A stretch of 64,000 bases of DNA from Balanoglossus misakiensis (Eukaryota > Animalia > Hemichordata): positions 3,900,607-3,964,606 of the forward strand of contig CM082598.2 in assembly GCA_040954595.2 (NCBI GenBank), in the 5' to 3' direction. A program made the position numbers and the translations under genes. The notes beneath the pieces were generated by a model, which ran no database searches, was not told where the DNA came from, and saw nothing but the letters and a program-made list of their open reading frames with translations. This document shows positions 27,201 through 42,200 of the stretch, in pieces (position 1 is the first letter of the stretch; each line of letters starts with the position of its first letter).

Positions 27201-30200
27201 GGAGGGGTTGACAAAGCGGATTCTAGCATTATTCCAGAGGTGTGTACAAAACGGATTCTAGTCCGAGACCACAAAGACTTTTAGAAGTCGATGGTCTCCA
27301 AAGAGAGGGGAATTTCAGGGAATGGATGGAACTAAGCCCATAAACAATGACACTCATGGTGAAAAGTATTCTGTGCGTTTTGTAAACCCTCCATTTCTAT
27401 TTTTCTTTCCCTGCCTAGTACTTAGTAAATGGAATTGTCCAAAACTATAGCACTATTTGTGGGGTATCCCGAACTGTATAACAGTGGCTGCCCCAGACTG
27501 ACCCATACTGTGTCTAGACTAGAAAGCAGTCTACACAATTTTTTTCAAAAACAGATCTAAACTTCAGCTGTCAGATCGATGGGGAGTTTATAACACAAAA
27601 GAAATGTCTGAAAATGAAATAAAAGAGGACGAACAACAATGCATTCTTATTTAAAACAATACGTGTTTACAGACGAAGTCACGATAGATTTTATCCAGCT
27701 TCAGATAACTTATTTTTGTGGTCTTATGAGGACAAAAACAAATTTCAGACATTTTCATGACATGTTTTGAACTGAGTGGGACTTGTAAGAATTAAGAGCT
27801 CACGAAGTCTGGTGGGAGAAACTTGATTTGAAAACAAATAGAGAATTACCATACAGGTGGAGTGTCTGAATGAAGACACACAGTATCACAGAAATTGCCA
27901 CCAGGTTTGTCTGTGAATTAAAACTGCCACTCATGACTCTAACTCAAGCAAAATTAATTAAAGTCTTTTCATTTGACAGACGTAAGCCTTCAACCCTTTC
28001 ACCTTGTTAATTTAGTCCAGCTATAGACCATCGAGTTTACCTTGAGGGTATTACCAAGCCAGCCTTATTTTAAAAACCAAGCCTGGTCTATCAGCCTTAT
28101 TTTAAAAACCAAGTCTGGTCTCTTAGATGTGAAAAATAAAGAATGATTGGGTTATGGTCACAAAGATAGCCAACTATATACATGATTTGTGTTCCCAAGA
28201 TAAAGCTGTGTATCTGCATCTTTTTTGCATTTTGCTTATCGAAAACACGGAATCATATAATGGGGTTTTTAAAATCTTTTCACATGGCGCCCCCAACGAT
28301 CAGTCTCTGGTATTTCAGCTGAATCGATCACCAGAGGTGTCCACTGCTACAAGACTGTTTACATTGAGGACACAATTTATGCAGACACTAAACCATTATT
28401 TTTTAAATGTGTAGTGTAGCGTGCAGTCAAAATTGACAACCTGACTTTCTCGGTGATAGTAGAAACTGTATTAGTGTATATACAAATCTCACAGTATCAC
28501 CTCCGTAATATTGTTTTATAGCTGACATTGCACATCAGAAAAGATCTTATCCACAATCCGTGTGCCATGGGAAATCAACTTTCCCCCTCAAAATCGGGCA
28601 AATTAAAACCTTAGCTAGAATCAGTGACATTTTCTGTTTCCGACGCACAAACGAAGATTGTATCAGCTTTCCGTGTAAGTCTTGATTAAATTTGAATTTC
28701 ATGAGCGGGTCTCGGCCGTTTTGATCGGTAATAAAGTCAGAATTTCAGCTGAGAACTGCAGAAATGTAGACATTTTGGAGCGAGATGATTATTGAAAGTG
28801 GAGATTTACGGGGGATATTATGACACTTACTTTCTTTTAGCGCATACATATCAATGTGTATTACCTGGGTTTTCTGTTGTGTTTGGTTTAGGTAATGGAG
28901 ATTGGGTTGTTTCTAGCCATAAATGCAGAGGCAGAAATGTCAGTAATGAAAAGAAAATGTGAGAATTTTGACAGGCACCTGCGCTTTGGGTCGGAGGTCA
29001 CACGATTTAAAAGTCTGCGATCTGACTTCTCAATGGGGTGCAAGAGATTCCAGGGCCTGGGAAAGCCTGCATTTGTTTCTGGTCTCCTCCAGACTATTGA
29101 CAGGGAAATTGCCATTTGTGCTGCACAGGCATTCATGGGGACCGCTCAAGCAGAAGGGAGCGATTGAGGGGAAAATGTGAAAAAAAAATCAATGGAATCC
29201 AACAAATCCTGAAGACATTCAGTTTCTGAAAGTAATGAGATTATGACGACCACCGGCAGCGAAAACCTTGGATGATACCTCTCTCTCAGTTTGCGTCTTT
29301 TTTGTGTTTTTATCATGGTTTGCGTTAATGGACACTTAACGGTAGCCACGGCAACTTGATTTTGAACATAGAGCTACTCAAACTTGTACTGATACTTTCA
29401 TTTCTAAAATTGATTTCAAATCAAGACTGATCATGCTGTGCGAGGAAAAAATGTGACCTGGATCATTCACAGGTTTGATAATCACATTAACCCTTTCATC
29501 ACCATGCTTCAGTCCAAACCCATTGTTTCCTATGGTAGAGTTGGACCGCTAAAGAGGGAACTGGGGGTGAAAGGGTTTCAACTCGCAGTGAGAAACACAA
29601 AGAAACTGTCTGTAAAAATATAATCGGTTGCAAAATCTGGCTTAAAAAACAGATGGGAAGGTCTTCATAAGTGACACAAAAATAATTTAGTAGGCAGTAA
29701 ACCTATATTTTTTTTCCTTTTTATCTCACAACAGAGACATTGCTTGAAATAAAGGATGGGTTTTATGATTAAAAATTCAAACATGATGGCAAGATAGCCA
29801 CAAAATTTTGTGGATTTAATGCATAATTTATAGATCATACTCTGCTACAGGCATAAATCTCCAATTCTGTGGAGAATGAGAAATCAGTTGTCTTCTCCCT
29901 TGTAATTCAATCAGGTGAACAAATCACTATACATTGGTTATTTTCCGTTTTATATCACCTTATCTGCAATACACGATCCCAAAGTCTCCTTTGTCATTAT
30001 TTTCCCTGTTCACTAACTCTGAATTTCATCATTATGGTTTGTCTGATGAGACCATTTCCTTTCTCAGTTACACAGTAGACGGAAATTGCTCACTTAGATA
30101 ACATCATACATTTAATCCACCATCCGCTCTACTTTGTGTGTTTCAAATACAGAATTTTCACAACCGTTTCAGTTTATTGTGTAAAAAATAATGTTTTTTT

Positions 30201-33200
30201 ATTCTCGTGTGTGCACGATTTTATCAATGTTCAGATTTTTGCTGTTGTAGCAGTTACAAATCTTGATGATTACTCAATATTGCATGAAATGTGTTAGTCT
30301 ACAGTGTTTAAAAAGAAAAAAAATATCCTTTGGCTCAAAATAATCGAAAATAGCTTTCAGGAAAACTTCAGCTCTCTATCTCTTAATATGGAGATCAACC
30401 AGCAAACTGTTTAGAATGGCCATACATTAAAAAGACTGCGTACCTGTTTTTGCCAAGTTTTCATAGATCTTTCCACTGTCAACGACCGACAGTCATATCA
30501 TGAAATATATGCATCCTCTCCCTTAATTTTCCCTGAGAAACTTTGTAAATATTTTAAAAGTTGTAAAAACTTACCATACTTTACACCTGTTTGTCTTACT
30601 TGTTTCTTACAAAGTTTGCTGATATACAAACAATTTATAAGACAAGTTGAAACTAATTAGCATCACAGTAAACTTCCAAAATTGGTCTATTAGCGTATCA
30701 ATAGAAAGTGGACAGTTATATAATTAAAAGACAACACTCTTTGCAGTAAAAGATTTTCTTATTGGATATCATGAGATAGGATTATCCCATTGTGTTTCTG
30801 GCAGTAGGGGGTGGGTAGGTTCAACAAAGGATGGGTTATAATAGAATTAGATCTTTTACTGATGCCGAATTGGGGTTTATTCATGCAATGAAAGCCGGGC
30901 TATCTTCTTTGCTGACCCAGAAAGAACAACTGGGGCATGCATGTACATAATGCGGTGTTCTCTTTGGAAAGTTGATAATTGGAAGGTTTCTGGAGAGAGA
31001 GTTATGCCAGACTTGGAGGTTGTCATTGTCACAGAACAATGATTCCCAAAATAATGTATTGTTTTCAGACTATTAAAAACTGCAAAGAATACTGAAAATC
31101 AGTTATTCTTCATCTGAAATGGAAAAAGAAAAAAAAAAGATGGTCTGCAACATGGATAATGCTTAAGACCCATGATTGCAAAAACAGACTGGCATCATTC
31201 AGTACTTGTGATGTACGCAATTTTGCGACCGACAGAATTAGGGCGCCCTCTGTCAAAACAGTTTTGCTACTTCTTCGGAAGTTTTTACATACCAACAACA
31301 GCATTTTGTTACTACGGTGATGTTGCTATCTCACATAGCGCCCTCTATAGACTTGTTTCACAAGTAGTATAAGTCAACTCGGGGGATATTTGTCTGTCAG
31401 AGCCTAACAGCCATGTTAAACATGATCAGCCCTGTGGTGGCTCCCTAATTTAACTTGACATCCAGGTTTATTTAGTTTCTCTACACCATTTAACCTTTCA
31501 TAAGAAATAGGAATTGTATTACAGTAGCTTAATTCAGGGTCACACCTGGCTATTTCATTCTTTACCCAGTAAGCCACCCCTCCCCCTACTTATAAATAAA
31601 CAGTTCCCAGAGTGACCTACCAGATTAAATGTAAATTTGTTAAGTTTTCATGGTGTGACTGTATCGCTAGATATCGTGTGAACCCGGCCAAGTAGTGGTT
31701 GTTTAATCTGATCAAATGCCGGTAATAGCATTTGCAATTGACCAATTTTATCTTCAACAAATAGCTGTCTAGAACCTAATCCTCTATGTTGATTAGTAGC
31801 TATTTCCTTTTTTAATGCTGATGGGGCCAATCTAAGAAGATCTTCGCTTTCTATATATATATTCAACCCCAAACTTCCAAGACAAAATATGTTTTTGTTG
31901 TTGAAATATCAATATATCACTATGACTTTGTATTAGCCAGATATGTTTTAAAATTTCTAAATCTCAACAAAATCGGTCTTTTTTACTCAAAAATTCCAAT
32001 CATACAGCAAGGCCAGAAAGTGAAGTGCCTCTAGCCCATTCTGGTGATAAAGCTGGCCTTGACTTCTTGAATTTGTCTTTGGTTTATGTCTTCAGTGGAC
32101 TGGAATTCCTTACACGCTCATTTGGATGTTATGGTACATGTAGATGTGGTTGGCTGGCGAGATACAGAAAACAACTGCCCTACTTTGAAGGCACTTACTA
32201 GATGTTGTGCTGTTTTCTGTTTATATTACTGGGATTAACCAAATCATTCTTTACTACATGTACATCTCAACTGGCACCCTGTATCCTGTATACGGGCATA
32301 ACATATGGATAAGTTCCATGACATACTTTTCAGCATGGAACCACAAACTTCCATGACAATTTCTGGTGTGAACCGAAAAAAATGCATTACACATTATACG
32401 TGTAGGTACAAGCACTGACTAGGAACAACTTTGGTGAACCAACTATTCAACAAGCATAATACCGGAACAATAAGCACACAAAACAATACAATAAACAATC
32501 TATAACAAAACAACGACAACTTTGTCCCTTTAAATGCCTTATATCTTCAACACAATGCTTCATTTCCATCCCTGAGATAATATCATATGGCAACATTGTG
32601 TGTATGGCAAAGACATTGTCACACCTGTGAGATTAGAATCAGTTACCTAACAGGACATATGTCATGTATACACTCCACTGTCTGTCATGTAAGAGTATCA
32701 ACAAAGAAAGAAATAAAATATGGTGGAATATATATAACAGACAAGACAAAACGTGTCTGTCAGGTAGTTGGTGCAAGTTTTAGATTTGATATAACACCTA
32801 TCTCAATCAAGGAACTACCATCAATGTCCTGTAGGTAGACTTGATTGCCTTGGTATCTTTAGATTAAATCCCGTCAAATAATAACTCAACAGGTTATCAG
32901 AGAATGACCAGACAACTTTACTGTGAGGGAGTCCTGCCATTGTTTGCAAAATATGTTATCTCCACAAAGTAAATTGTTCTTGTAATTACAACACTTAGGG
33001 TGCACATAGCAGCGTTGCTTACAGTTTGTTTTAAAAAAAGTTCTACAAATAGGCCATCACACAAGTTTAGGTGGGTGGTATCGCCAATTCTAGTGGTTAT
33101 TCTCTTCACGTTTGACCAAAGTTCAGAGTAATCAGCGAGTGTGAGAACACCAGTCTATACAATGGAACCTGTTAGTATGTAAAAAGTTTGCCATTAAAGC

Positions 33201-36200
33201 CAACTTCTAATTTTGGCCTGTAACCGTGGCTACAATGACCCGACACGTTTAATGGGACAGAAACACAAACGCATCAGTTGTATGACAAGACTAACATCCG
33301 TGAGTCTATTCTTTTCACCACCACTGGCGAAATTAGACCACTTATTTTTATGATCCCGGCTGAAATGTCCACCCCATTCGTTCTCACGATCCCTAACATC
33401 TGTTCGTCACATGTGGTTGCTATGCCAATCAAAGACTTCGTGTTGGACTCTCAGGGGTTGTAAGGTCGGAAACCCTCCAAGTGTTATGATTGAAACCCAC
33501 TTCTCTCTCTGTTCCATTCCAAAGGTAATCAAACCAGTGCTAATCACCATCAGGTACTGTAACCCCATCTGTCTGGTGACCACTTCATTTTTCCCCCGTT
33601 CATTTTATACGATGCATAAGATGATATCAGAATCTATGCAATAACACATTTCTCAGTCTCTGTTTATTGTGAAATGTATACATAAAAATAATTTGATAAA
33701 AGTTAACAGGGTGGGTTTCCACATAGACAGATATATATACACAGTTGTAATTTATATTTTATAGGCAACCTTTTCAGATAAATTTTTCATCTTTCTTTTA
33801 TGGTCCCTACTAATCTTGCTAGGAATGCACCTTTCTAAAATGTCTGAAAAAAATGATCATTAAAATTGCTCTTTAAATTTCCTATATTTTTCTTGTCTGT
33901 CCCCATGGTAACTGTCTCTCTCCCTTAAACTATCATTTCCAAGTAACAGCATTTAAAATATATTTTGTTCCAGCGTAGGTATAATAAATTTTGTTACAGT
34001 GCTTGACTTGATTAGATATGTAAATATGGGAACAAAAGGGTAAATGCAAATTATTTTAAGGGGTAGGGGAGTGCCACCACGACCCTTATGGGTCAATGGT
34101 GCTTGTGTTGCCATGGTAACAAAGTCATCATTAGAAAATTGTCAAATGTCTTTTGATAAATCAGCACCTTTATGATATTTAGATCAATCCAATTTATTTT
34201 ATAAATTACGCTGTGTAAATTTGTCTAGTGTGATCATAAACTTTAACAGCTTGCAATTTATTTGGTCATCTTTGGAAATAGCAGCTGAACTATGATACCC
34301 AAAGCAGGCTTGGTTTTTTTATTGTACGTCTACAGCTGTACTCTATGGTGCAATATTTATGCAAATGAGAGCGAAGAGTCACAAAATGGCTGACAGGTTT
34401 TAGTGCATATACATATGAAATAATTTATTTAGTTTGACATTACAATAGCACAGTTTCGTAGTTCATTGTAATTCTGGCATAATATATTCAGTCACTTGCT
34501 ATATTATCACAAACCACTCCTTGCCAATATTGACATTATGATTCCAGTTCCCTGACATTGTCGATACACCTGTTATAGTCCATTATCAGAAGAGCTCTTT
34601 TAATTCAGAATTCAATTAACATACACAATGTCTGACAGTTTAATGACCAATTATCGTAATGTTCCATGTTACCACAAAGTTGACATGTCCACTTAGGGTC
34701 ACTAAGAGGTCAAAGATTCCATCTTCAGAACATGTCACCTAACAACAACTGTTTTCAATGTTATCGTAATCTAGTCGGGTTAATTATGCCTGCAATTTGA
34801 TTCGATGACCAAAAAATATAAACTGTACCCAGACGATCTGGGGTTCATGTGCTCAGTCATTTCAAAATACCAAGACTGTCCAGGAACTTCCAGAGAACAT
34901 TTTCTGTTTTTCCGGAGTTCAAGATAACCGGCATATTATGGCTACATGGCTATGCACTGAATACAGTGAATCACAAGGAAATAAATAAAGCCCCAGTAAC
35001 TCTACTTTTGGCTATTTTTTCAGTGTTTTCCCCCATGTATCAACTTCAGTTTCCTGAAACAAAAATACTAAGCAAAATAGCCGAAAGTTGGATACATTCG
35101 ACCACGGTTTCATAGAGCGTTGGTCTCAATTTGAAGAAAAACATTAATCAATACAATTTTTGATATTGATACCTTGTTTTTGACACCAGCAGATCACCTT
35201 GACCATGCCAATATATATCAGTGATTTATTACACAGATAATAATGTTTCTCAACGTCACATTCAAGGTCATGTATCACATCCAAGGTCGCTTGACATCCT
35301 GAAAGCCTAATGGAAAAAAAACTCCTGTATTCCCCACACCTCTGTATCTTTTCAAAGTCACCGAGTTCTGCAAGGTTATTCGCACCTTCTTCATAACAAG
35401 GTCACATTGTGTCCGGAATGTGCAATCTAGCATGGCCCTATCTTTCTTCCCTTGGCATTTATAAAATTTACCAAAATAAGCAAGCTTCTTTTCTTGATTT
35501 TTGCCTTGGGGGAAATTTTTCACCACTGATTGATTGAGGGATGGTGGATATCAAATGGGCACTTTATGTCCTGAAACAGTAAACTGAACTTTACTGAGTT
35601 TAAGCAACCCATGGAACATTCAATTCACACCTAATAAAACTGACAGACACAGATTATCTTACGATTAAATTCGCTCTGGGTCTCAAAATCCTGCTTAGTT
35701 TCAGGCGAGCAGACTGAGCTACTTCTACTGCACTGGAACCATCATTTCTCATTCTTGTCAACGTTGTAGATCTCGTAGTGATAAATGAACACCCCATCTT
35801 CATTTTAATTCAGAAGCAAAGGTCAAACAGAGGTCAAATAGAGTCCAGGGTAGATAAGCAATCCATTTTAATTCCATCCTGCATGTATATATCTTATAAA
35901 CACAACATCATCTAATTAATTTCTATTCCTGGCAGAAACATAAAACACCTTCCATAATATGAGAAGACCTAATTAATTGCTGACACTCATCTCATGTTTT
36001 CAATATGACAAATTTGACTGTGTCCACATTTTAAGAAGCACTTGGTAACAGTGCCAAGAATAAGGAATTTCTGGCCAGTCACATTAATTGTAATTATTTT
36101 TTTCCCTGATCATATTTTATTGAAGTATGATTATTCTAAGAAATCAAATTTGAACTAAACTTTGTCAATTTTCATGTGATGACATTTTCCAGAGGTTTCT

Positions 36201-39200
36201 ACACTGTAATGAATGATGTAGTGTCGAGCAAAGTTTGTTTCTTGGGGCATGATGTTCTGACGACATCTTGTCTGTGATTTGTTGCTAGTGGGCTCTGCAA
36301 TGACAGGCAGCAGACTTCAGTGACTAAGACTTGTATCAGCATGAACTGCTGGAATATTGATCACCTATGGGATCCCCTAAGAGGTTTCACGTTGCATTTT
36401 CTGGGAACTGCAATGTGCACACGACAAAATGCAGTATGCACGTTTCGCGATTCCAAAAGTTGATTCAGTGCAATATTTTAGATAGTATATTTGCCTACTG
36501 CTTTGAGCAAGCCATCATTTACATGTATGGCTGTGACATACAATATAATACATGGCCAATCTTGTGTACATTTGCACCACAATTGAACATTTCACCAAGA
36601 ATTTGAAATACAAGATTTATACTGGCTTCATTGCGGTTGAAAGTCTAGACGCGAGATGCAATTTGAAAAATAACACTGCTGATCGGCTGGCCAGATCTAA
36701 ATAAATCCCTTGCAACATATCGAGTAGATCTTCAACCATATCACCAGCATTAACTCCTTCAGATACTTTGGTGTTTTCAAAGATGTCATACACGTCATAC
36801 ACCAACTTGATCACTAACAAGTAACAGAGTGCCATTCTGACATTTGTTTAAAACCACAACACACCTAATTTAATGTATTTTTAGAACGATCCCACCATAT
36901 TAAATTGTGCAACGGCTTAGTCAATTCCGCTAGGAAATAGGGAGGTCAGTAGGTCAATGCAACATTTAAGATATCTTCACTGTTAAGTAAAATTTGCAAT
37001 TCAAATTCTCCCCAAGTCGTCCGCAAACATCTACTTGAAGCAAACAGCAAATGCGAAAAATATGTACAGAATATTTTTTTCATGAATCATTTTTTCCGAA
37101 CCATCAATCGCTTGATTATGAAATAGATGTTATTCTGCTGAGGAAAATGATGAAGAAATAAATAAACGATGGAAAGGTTATTAGCAGTAAACCTCAAGCA
37201 TCAGATAATTTATTACATCTGTAAAACATGGCAGCCAACATATATTGAGGTATATGCTACCAGGTAGCCAGAGTTACTGATAGCATAAACTATATCAATA
37301 CTAATGTGATTGTTACATGGACTGGTAACCATAAATCAACCATAGAAAAAAAACTATTTTAGAAAATAGATTATTTTACAGGGCTTTCACATTCCTGCAT
37401 TCATGCGTGGCAAATTGAACAGACGGTTGTACACATTTCTTAACAGTGTTGCTTCGGAAATTTACAGACATCATTATTGTGTTGTGGTTTCGCACATCTA
37501 ACTTGATGCTGTGTTCAGGCCCGGTTTGAGACTGTAGTTCTCGTGTTGCGTGCATTTAGGGTGAGAAATTTGAGTCAGGGTTCGGAATGCTTGGTAAAAG
37601 AATCACTTTCAGAGATACACGTACTGTACTACTGGTTTCTGTCTGGCTTGCATTTTGATATCCCCTAAGTACATCATATTTATAGGGAAAAACAGTTGCA
37701 TATTATAAATCATAAAAATTAGAAAATATAGTTCTTCTTTTTGAAATTACTTTAACCCTATCGCCACCATTGTTTGGTCCAAATCCGTTGTTATATACGG
37801 CAAAGATGGATCTCTCTATAGAGGGAACTTGGGGAGAAAGAGTTAACACTTGCAATTCCCAATGAAAATCAGAAGACAAAGTTCTTCTTTGTGGAATTAC
37901 TTTAACACTCCCAATTCCATCTTACAGTTGTCATATTAACTGCTTCCATAGAGGTTTCTGATCTCTGTTGCCATGCTGGGCTGCTCAATTCTCCATAACA
38001 GCTTGTTACTTCATGCTGCATATTTCTCTGGCTATTGTCGGAAATTGCCCCTCCGGAGAAAAGCAGGCCACACAATGGTCAACAAAATGGAAATCTCGGA
38101 GGAATGCCGGGTCGTGCCAGGAAGTCTGTTTTTACACGGCTTTTTGTGAAATTATACAACGATCATGATGATGATTATGTGAATTACCCTGGGAAAATGA
38201 CCTACGGCAGATTTCTGGCCAATTTTTACTAAAAACTGTCGCCATGGTATCAATGACGCAAGTAGTTGCTAATATTCTTTGAAGTGAAAATCTCGGTGCT
38301 TAGAAATTGCATTGCTGTCAAATTGAGATTTAGAGATGCAATTTTTTGCGATGTTTTGAACCAGAATTTCCCTATCAATGGAGTTACCCTTTAACAGTTG
38401 TTGTTCACACCAGCCTGTGTTGACCACAAGTATGCATGGCGAAAACGTGTGTACACAGTTTCTTTATTGATATTACATGATCTTTGAATCAATTGCCAAA
38501 CATAGCTTATCAAGGCTAATATCACCAAATGTTTTATCAGTTATGTACATATACGATGTTTGCCAAGTCCACCTGGTTCTGCACTGTAAATTGTGGTTTA
38601 ATTTCAACTAAACTACCAAAAATGGTCAAAAATAAGAAAACTTAATATTTTATAAAAATCCCTTGATGTATTTTTATACTGACCCTACTCTGTGGTTCTA
38701 TACCATGAAAAGAAAAAAAATATATTGTATTAACATACAAAATTCTGACAGCAAACGCATAGTACATTTTATTTTGTTCTGTAAGCTGCCAGTAGCTATT
38801 TTCATGAAATCAAACTAACGCAAAAAATGCCGACCCAATACTTTGAGGAGATCAGTAGCCAGGACTGTCATACAACACCGCTGCAAATTACAGTGCCTAC
38901 ACTGGGGATAGTACATATTTTGACACAGTTACCGATACCAAAGCTACATATTTTCTTTCTTTGTCCGTTTGACCCCAAGTAACACAGAAAGAATTTTTAT
39001 TTTCTGCCTGCCATTTGCGGAGACGGTGCAAAGTCTAACCATTTGCCGTGGAGTGAAAAATCAATACATTTTCAGATTAAATGACTGGAACCATTAATTG
39101 CCTTTTATACATCCCGAGAATTAGTCCAATCATAATGCCAATTATAAAGACAACATGGAATATTTGAAATTGATTTTTTGGGCAAATACCACTATATGTG

Positions 39201-42200
39201 TGGACGTAATCTTTGAAATTTTCAGATCGTTCAGGGTTAGCTGTAGAAAGGATCAATATTCAAATTTTGTTCCACTTTTCAGAGTTTTTGTTCCATATCA
39301 TGTGGTACATGTATCATGTGGTACATGTACATACTCCTTCACACATCTGTTCACGAGCGTGGTTTGCTCATCTCTGGCAGTGCAATTCTATACATTCTTA
39401 AGTGGAACCATTTCATACAGGTATATAATCAAAGCTATTTTTCTGGCAGAGCCAAGAATTAAATGTATGTCCCTTTAATAGAACCAGTTTTAGTTTTCAA
39501 ATAAATTTGGTACAATGTCCCTTTAATATTAACAGTTCAAGTTTTATATAAGTTTGATTTCCCCCCACACTTAAACAGTTCTCGAGGTCCAAACTAATAC
39601 ATAAGATTAAGAATGCAGATGTGCATGTTACCCTAGATAAACAGGAAAAAAAGTTTTGTTTTGTTTTGTTTCATTATGTTTTGTCTTTGTAGCTGTGGGA
39701 GGGAAATGACAGCCGGGCAATGCAGTAGCCCGGACAGACACTTTGACACTTCAAGCTTGGTTCTCTATGATTGATTATTACAGTGGGGAAACTCAAACAC
39801 ACACATGCCACAGCCGTTGGGCAATTACCTGCTAGACGGGGCCACTGGGCAGACTTTGAATGTATATTTGATGGATGGACACACACAATATGATGTCAAC
39901 ATTTCAAACAATTAAGGAGATTTCAAATATATATAAGGGTGAACAAATATACATGTGGGCGAACAAAACGTGAAAATTGTGGATGTTTCGTAAAGCTGTA
40001 GATGTTTGACAGGTAACAGATAACTGTGTGTGGCCGCGGCTGTCAGTATGTATGCCTTGAATTGTACGGATGAATAATGATGTCTCTTTCTCAATACATC
40101 CTATATTTCACTAATTAAAAGATCATCAGGAAAAGTACAGTGAAGGCCAATGGAACCGTTTTGTCGGGGTCTTGTACTGGCAAAAAAGGAATACCTGTAC
40201 ATCACATGGATTTTTTTTTTACCTCGTATGGAAAAGGGCAGGATTGGTGACGCTTCCGGCGCTCTGCCGGGTCCATTCGGGATTGCGGCCGTCGTATTGG
40301 TGTCGGCGGTCTCTCGCCCGGGTAGTAGTAACGCCGTCCACGGCTAGGCAAACTGCCGTAGAAATCCATCGTGACAGATCAAAGATGTCCGGTGTGATCA
40401 ACCCATTTGACAAAAAAATATTTCCACGGTTCGAGAAAAAAAAATCCTTGGTGTGAAATGATTTTGCGGACAGGCCTTGGGGCTATCAAAGTGCAGTTAA
40501 CACACGAACGGCAAACTGTTAAATGCGAACATATACACAGTATGTGGGTTGGACTATTATGACGTAGGTAAGCGCAGGGTGTCAACTGTAATTAGTTCGG
40601 CTTGTAAAGGCAGCAAGGTATACAGTGATACCATTTTGACTTTAGGGGTATAGCCACCCTACATCTAAGGATCTGATCATATGAATGATAGCCAACGCGT
40701 CGGGCAATACCATTTACACAGAAAGGGGTGGTAGAGTCCCTCATGGGAATACATTATCCTAGGCATATATGAATGTAGGAGCACAGATTATATATCAATT
40801 TGATCTCTACAAATTTATATTATAATTTTCATAATTTGAATATTTACAGTAAGCTAAAATTTTGACAGGGTAAAAAGACTGACTCCGTAGACTATCAATA
40901 TACTTAATAAGATTAAATGACAACATATTTCCTATCAAGGTTAGGTAGTCAGTTGGAATATCTTTCGTATAATTATAAAAAGAAAAGTTGACTATTCACA
41001 ATGAAAGATAAATTCAATTTCCACACGTATGAATAAATATTTGTGCAGATGACTAAATGGAATGCAAGTTTTGCACTGTGCGTGACCTGTAGCGACTTAA
41101 AATTAATGATTGTTGTATAAAAATAAGAACTTGTAGTACATGTCTGCTTTAATATGAGTATTACATGACTCTCTGGGGTAAAGTATCAATAAGGAATGGT
41201 GCTTTCATTTGACTTTGTGGCAGTTGTTCAATTTCTAATGGTTTTGGTTTTACGTAGCGAGCATTTGGTGGCAGACATGTCAAGTGATGAGACACACCTT
41301 CAGGGATATAAAGTACCTGAGTTTGCGGAGGTAGAAACAACATGAAACAGATGTACTGTGATAAAGTGTATCCTTCACTGACAGCTGCCACTACTGGGGG
41401 AATAAAGTGGTTTGACTAAGGAGTCTCGGTGGAGAGGTTTCCGTGACAACTGTTTCCAAGATGAAGTGCCACCCCGCATTGCTGTTGTGCACCTGGGGTC
41501 TCTGTTCATCTCGGCAGGAGATGGTCTTATTCAACACTGTTCAGTCAATGTCTGATGGATGGTTTTGACAAGTTTAGCTTTGAAACCTAATTAAAGTGAA
41601 CAAGTTTCCTGATGGCGAATAAAATGCATCTCGCAGAGTTTCACAAAACTAAAACTCCTTAAAGGGACGAACGCCTCTCTCTCGCTGCCCTTTTCCCATT
41701 AATTATGTTTGATACAAGACACTGTTTATGTTAATGTACATTTGTGTATATGTACCGGGTAGTGAATAAACGTTCAACCACACACAACTTCCATCCACAG
41801 TGCATGGATAAGTTGATAGTGGCAATGGATTGAAATCAGATGTACACTGAGTTTAACAACTTTTACAAAAAGGGAAGAACCACTTAAAAGTTGTATAAAA
41901 GGCTAAACTGCACATAATGTCATTTCATTTTATGAGACTGAACGATCCAAGATTTAACGCTATATGCAATAAATAATCTTGAATATCTAATGGAAAATAT
42001 TTCAACCATTTAGACAAAAATGTAAAAATTGCATTTTCAATAATGCATGCAATAAAGGGCTAGAATAACATGGAATGTTTGCATACTTCTGGAAAGTAAA
42101 TTACATAAGCCCAGTTTTGCTAAAAATAACTATTAATTACCAGTAACATCAGACCTGTTCATTATAATATCAACTAATCATATCTGATAATTAGTTTAAA

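Noticed and set aside
28888-29349. GC-richer patch with several ORFs as a possible first exon
   Set aside because: The nearby donors I tested gave no ATG-initiated phase-0 frame.
17453-30577. Other short ATG-to-donor phase-0 frames (17453-17476 MDYVYTDQ, 30444-30464 MKTWQKQ, ATG|GTAAGT at 30575-30577)
   Set aside because: Very short, in AT-rich or repeat-like context; expected by chance.
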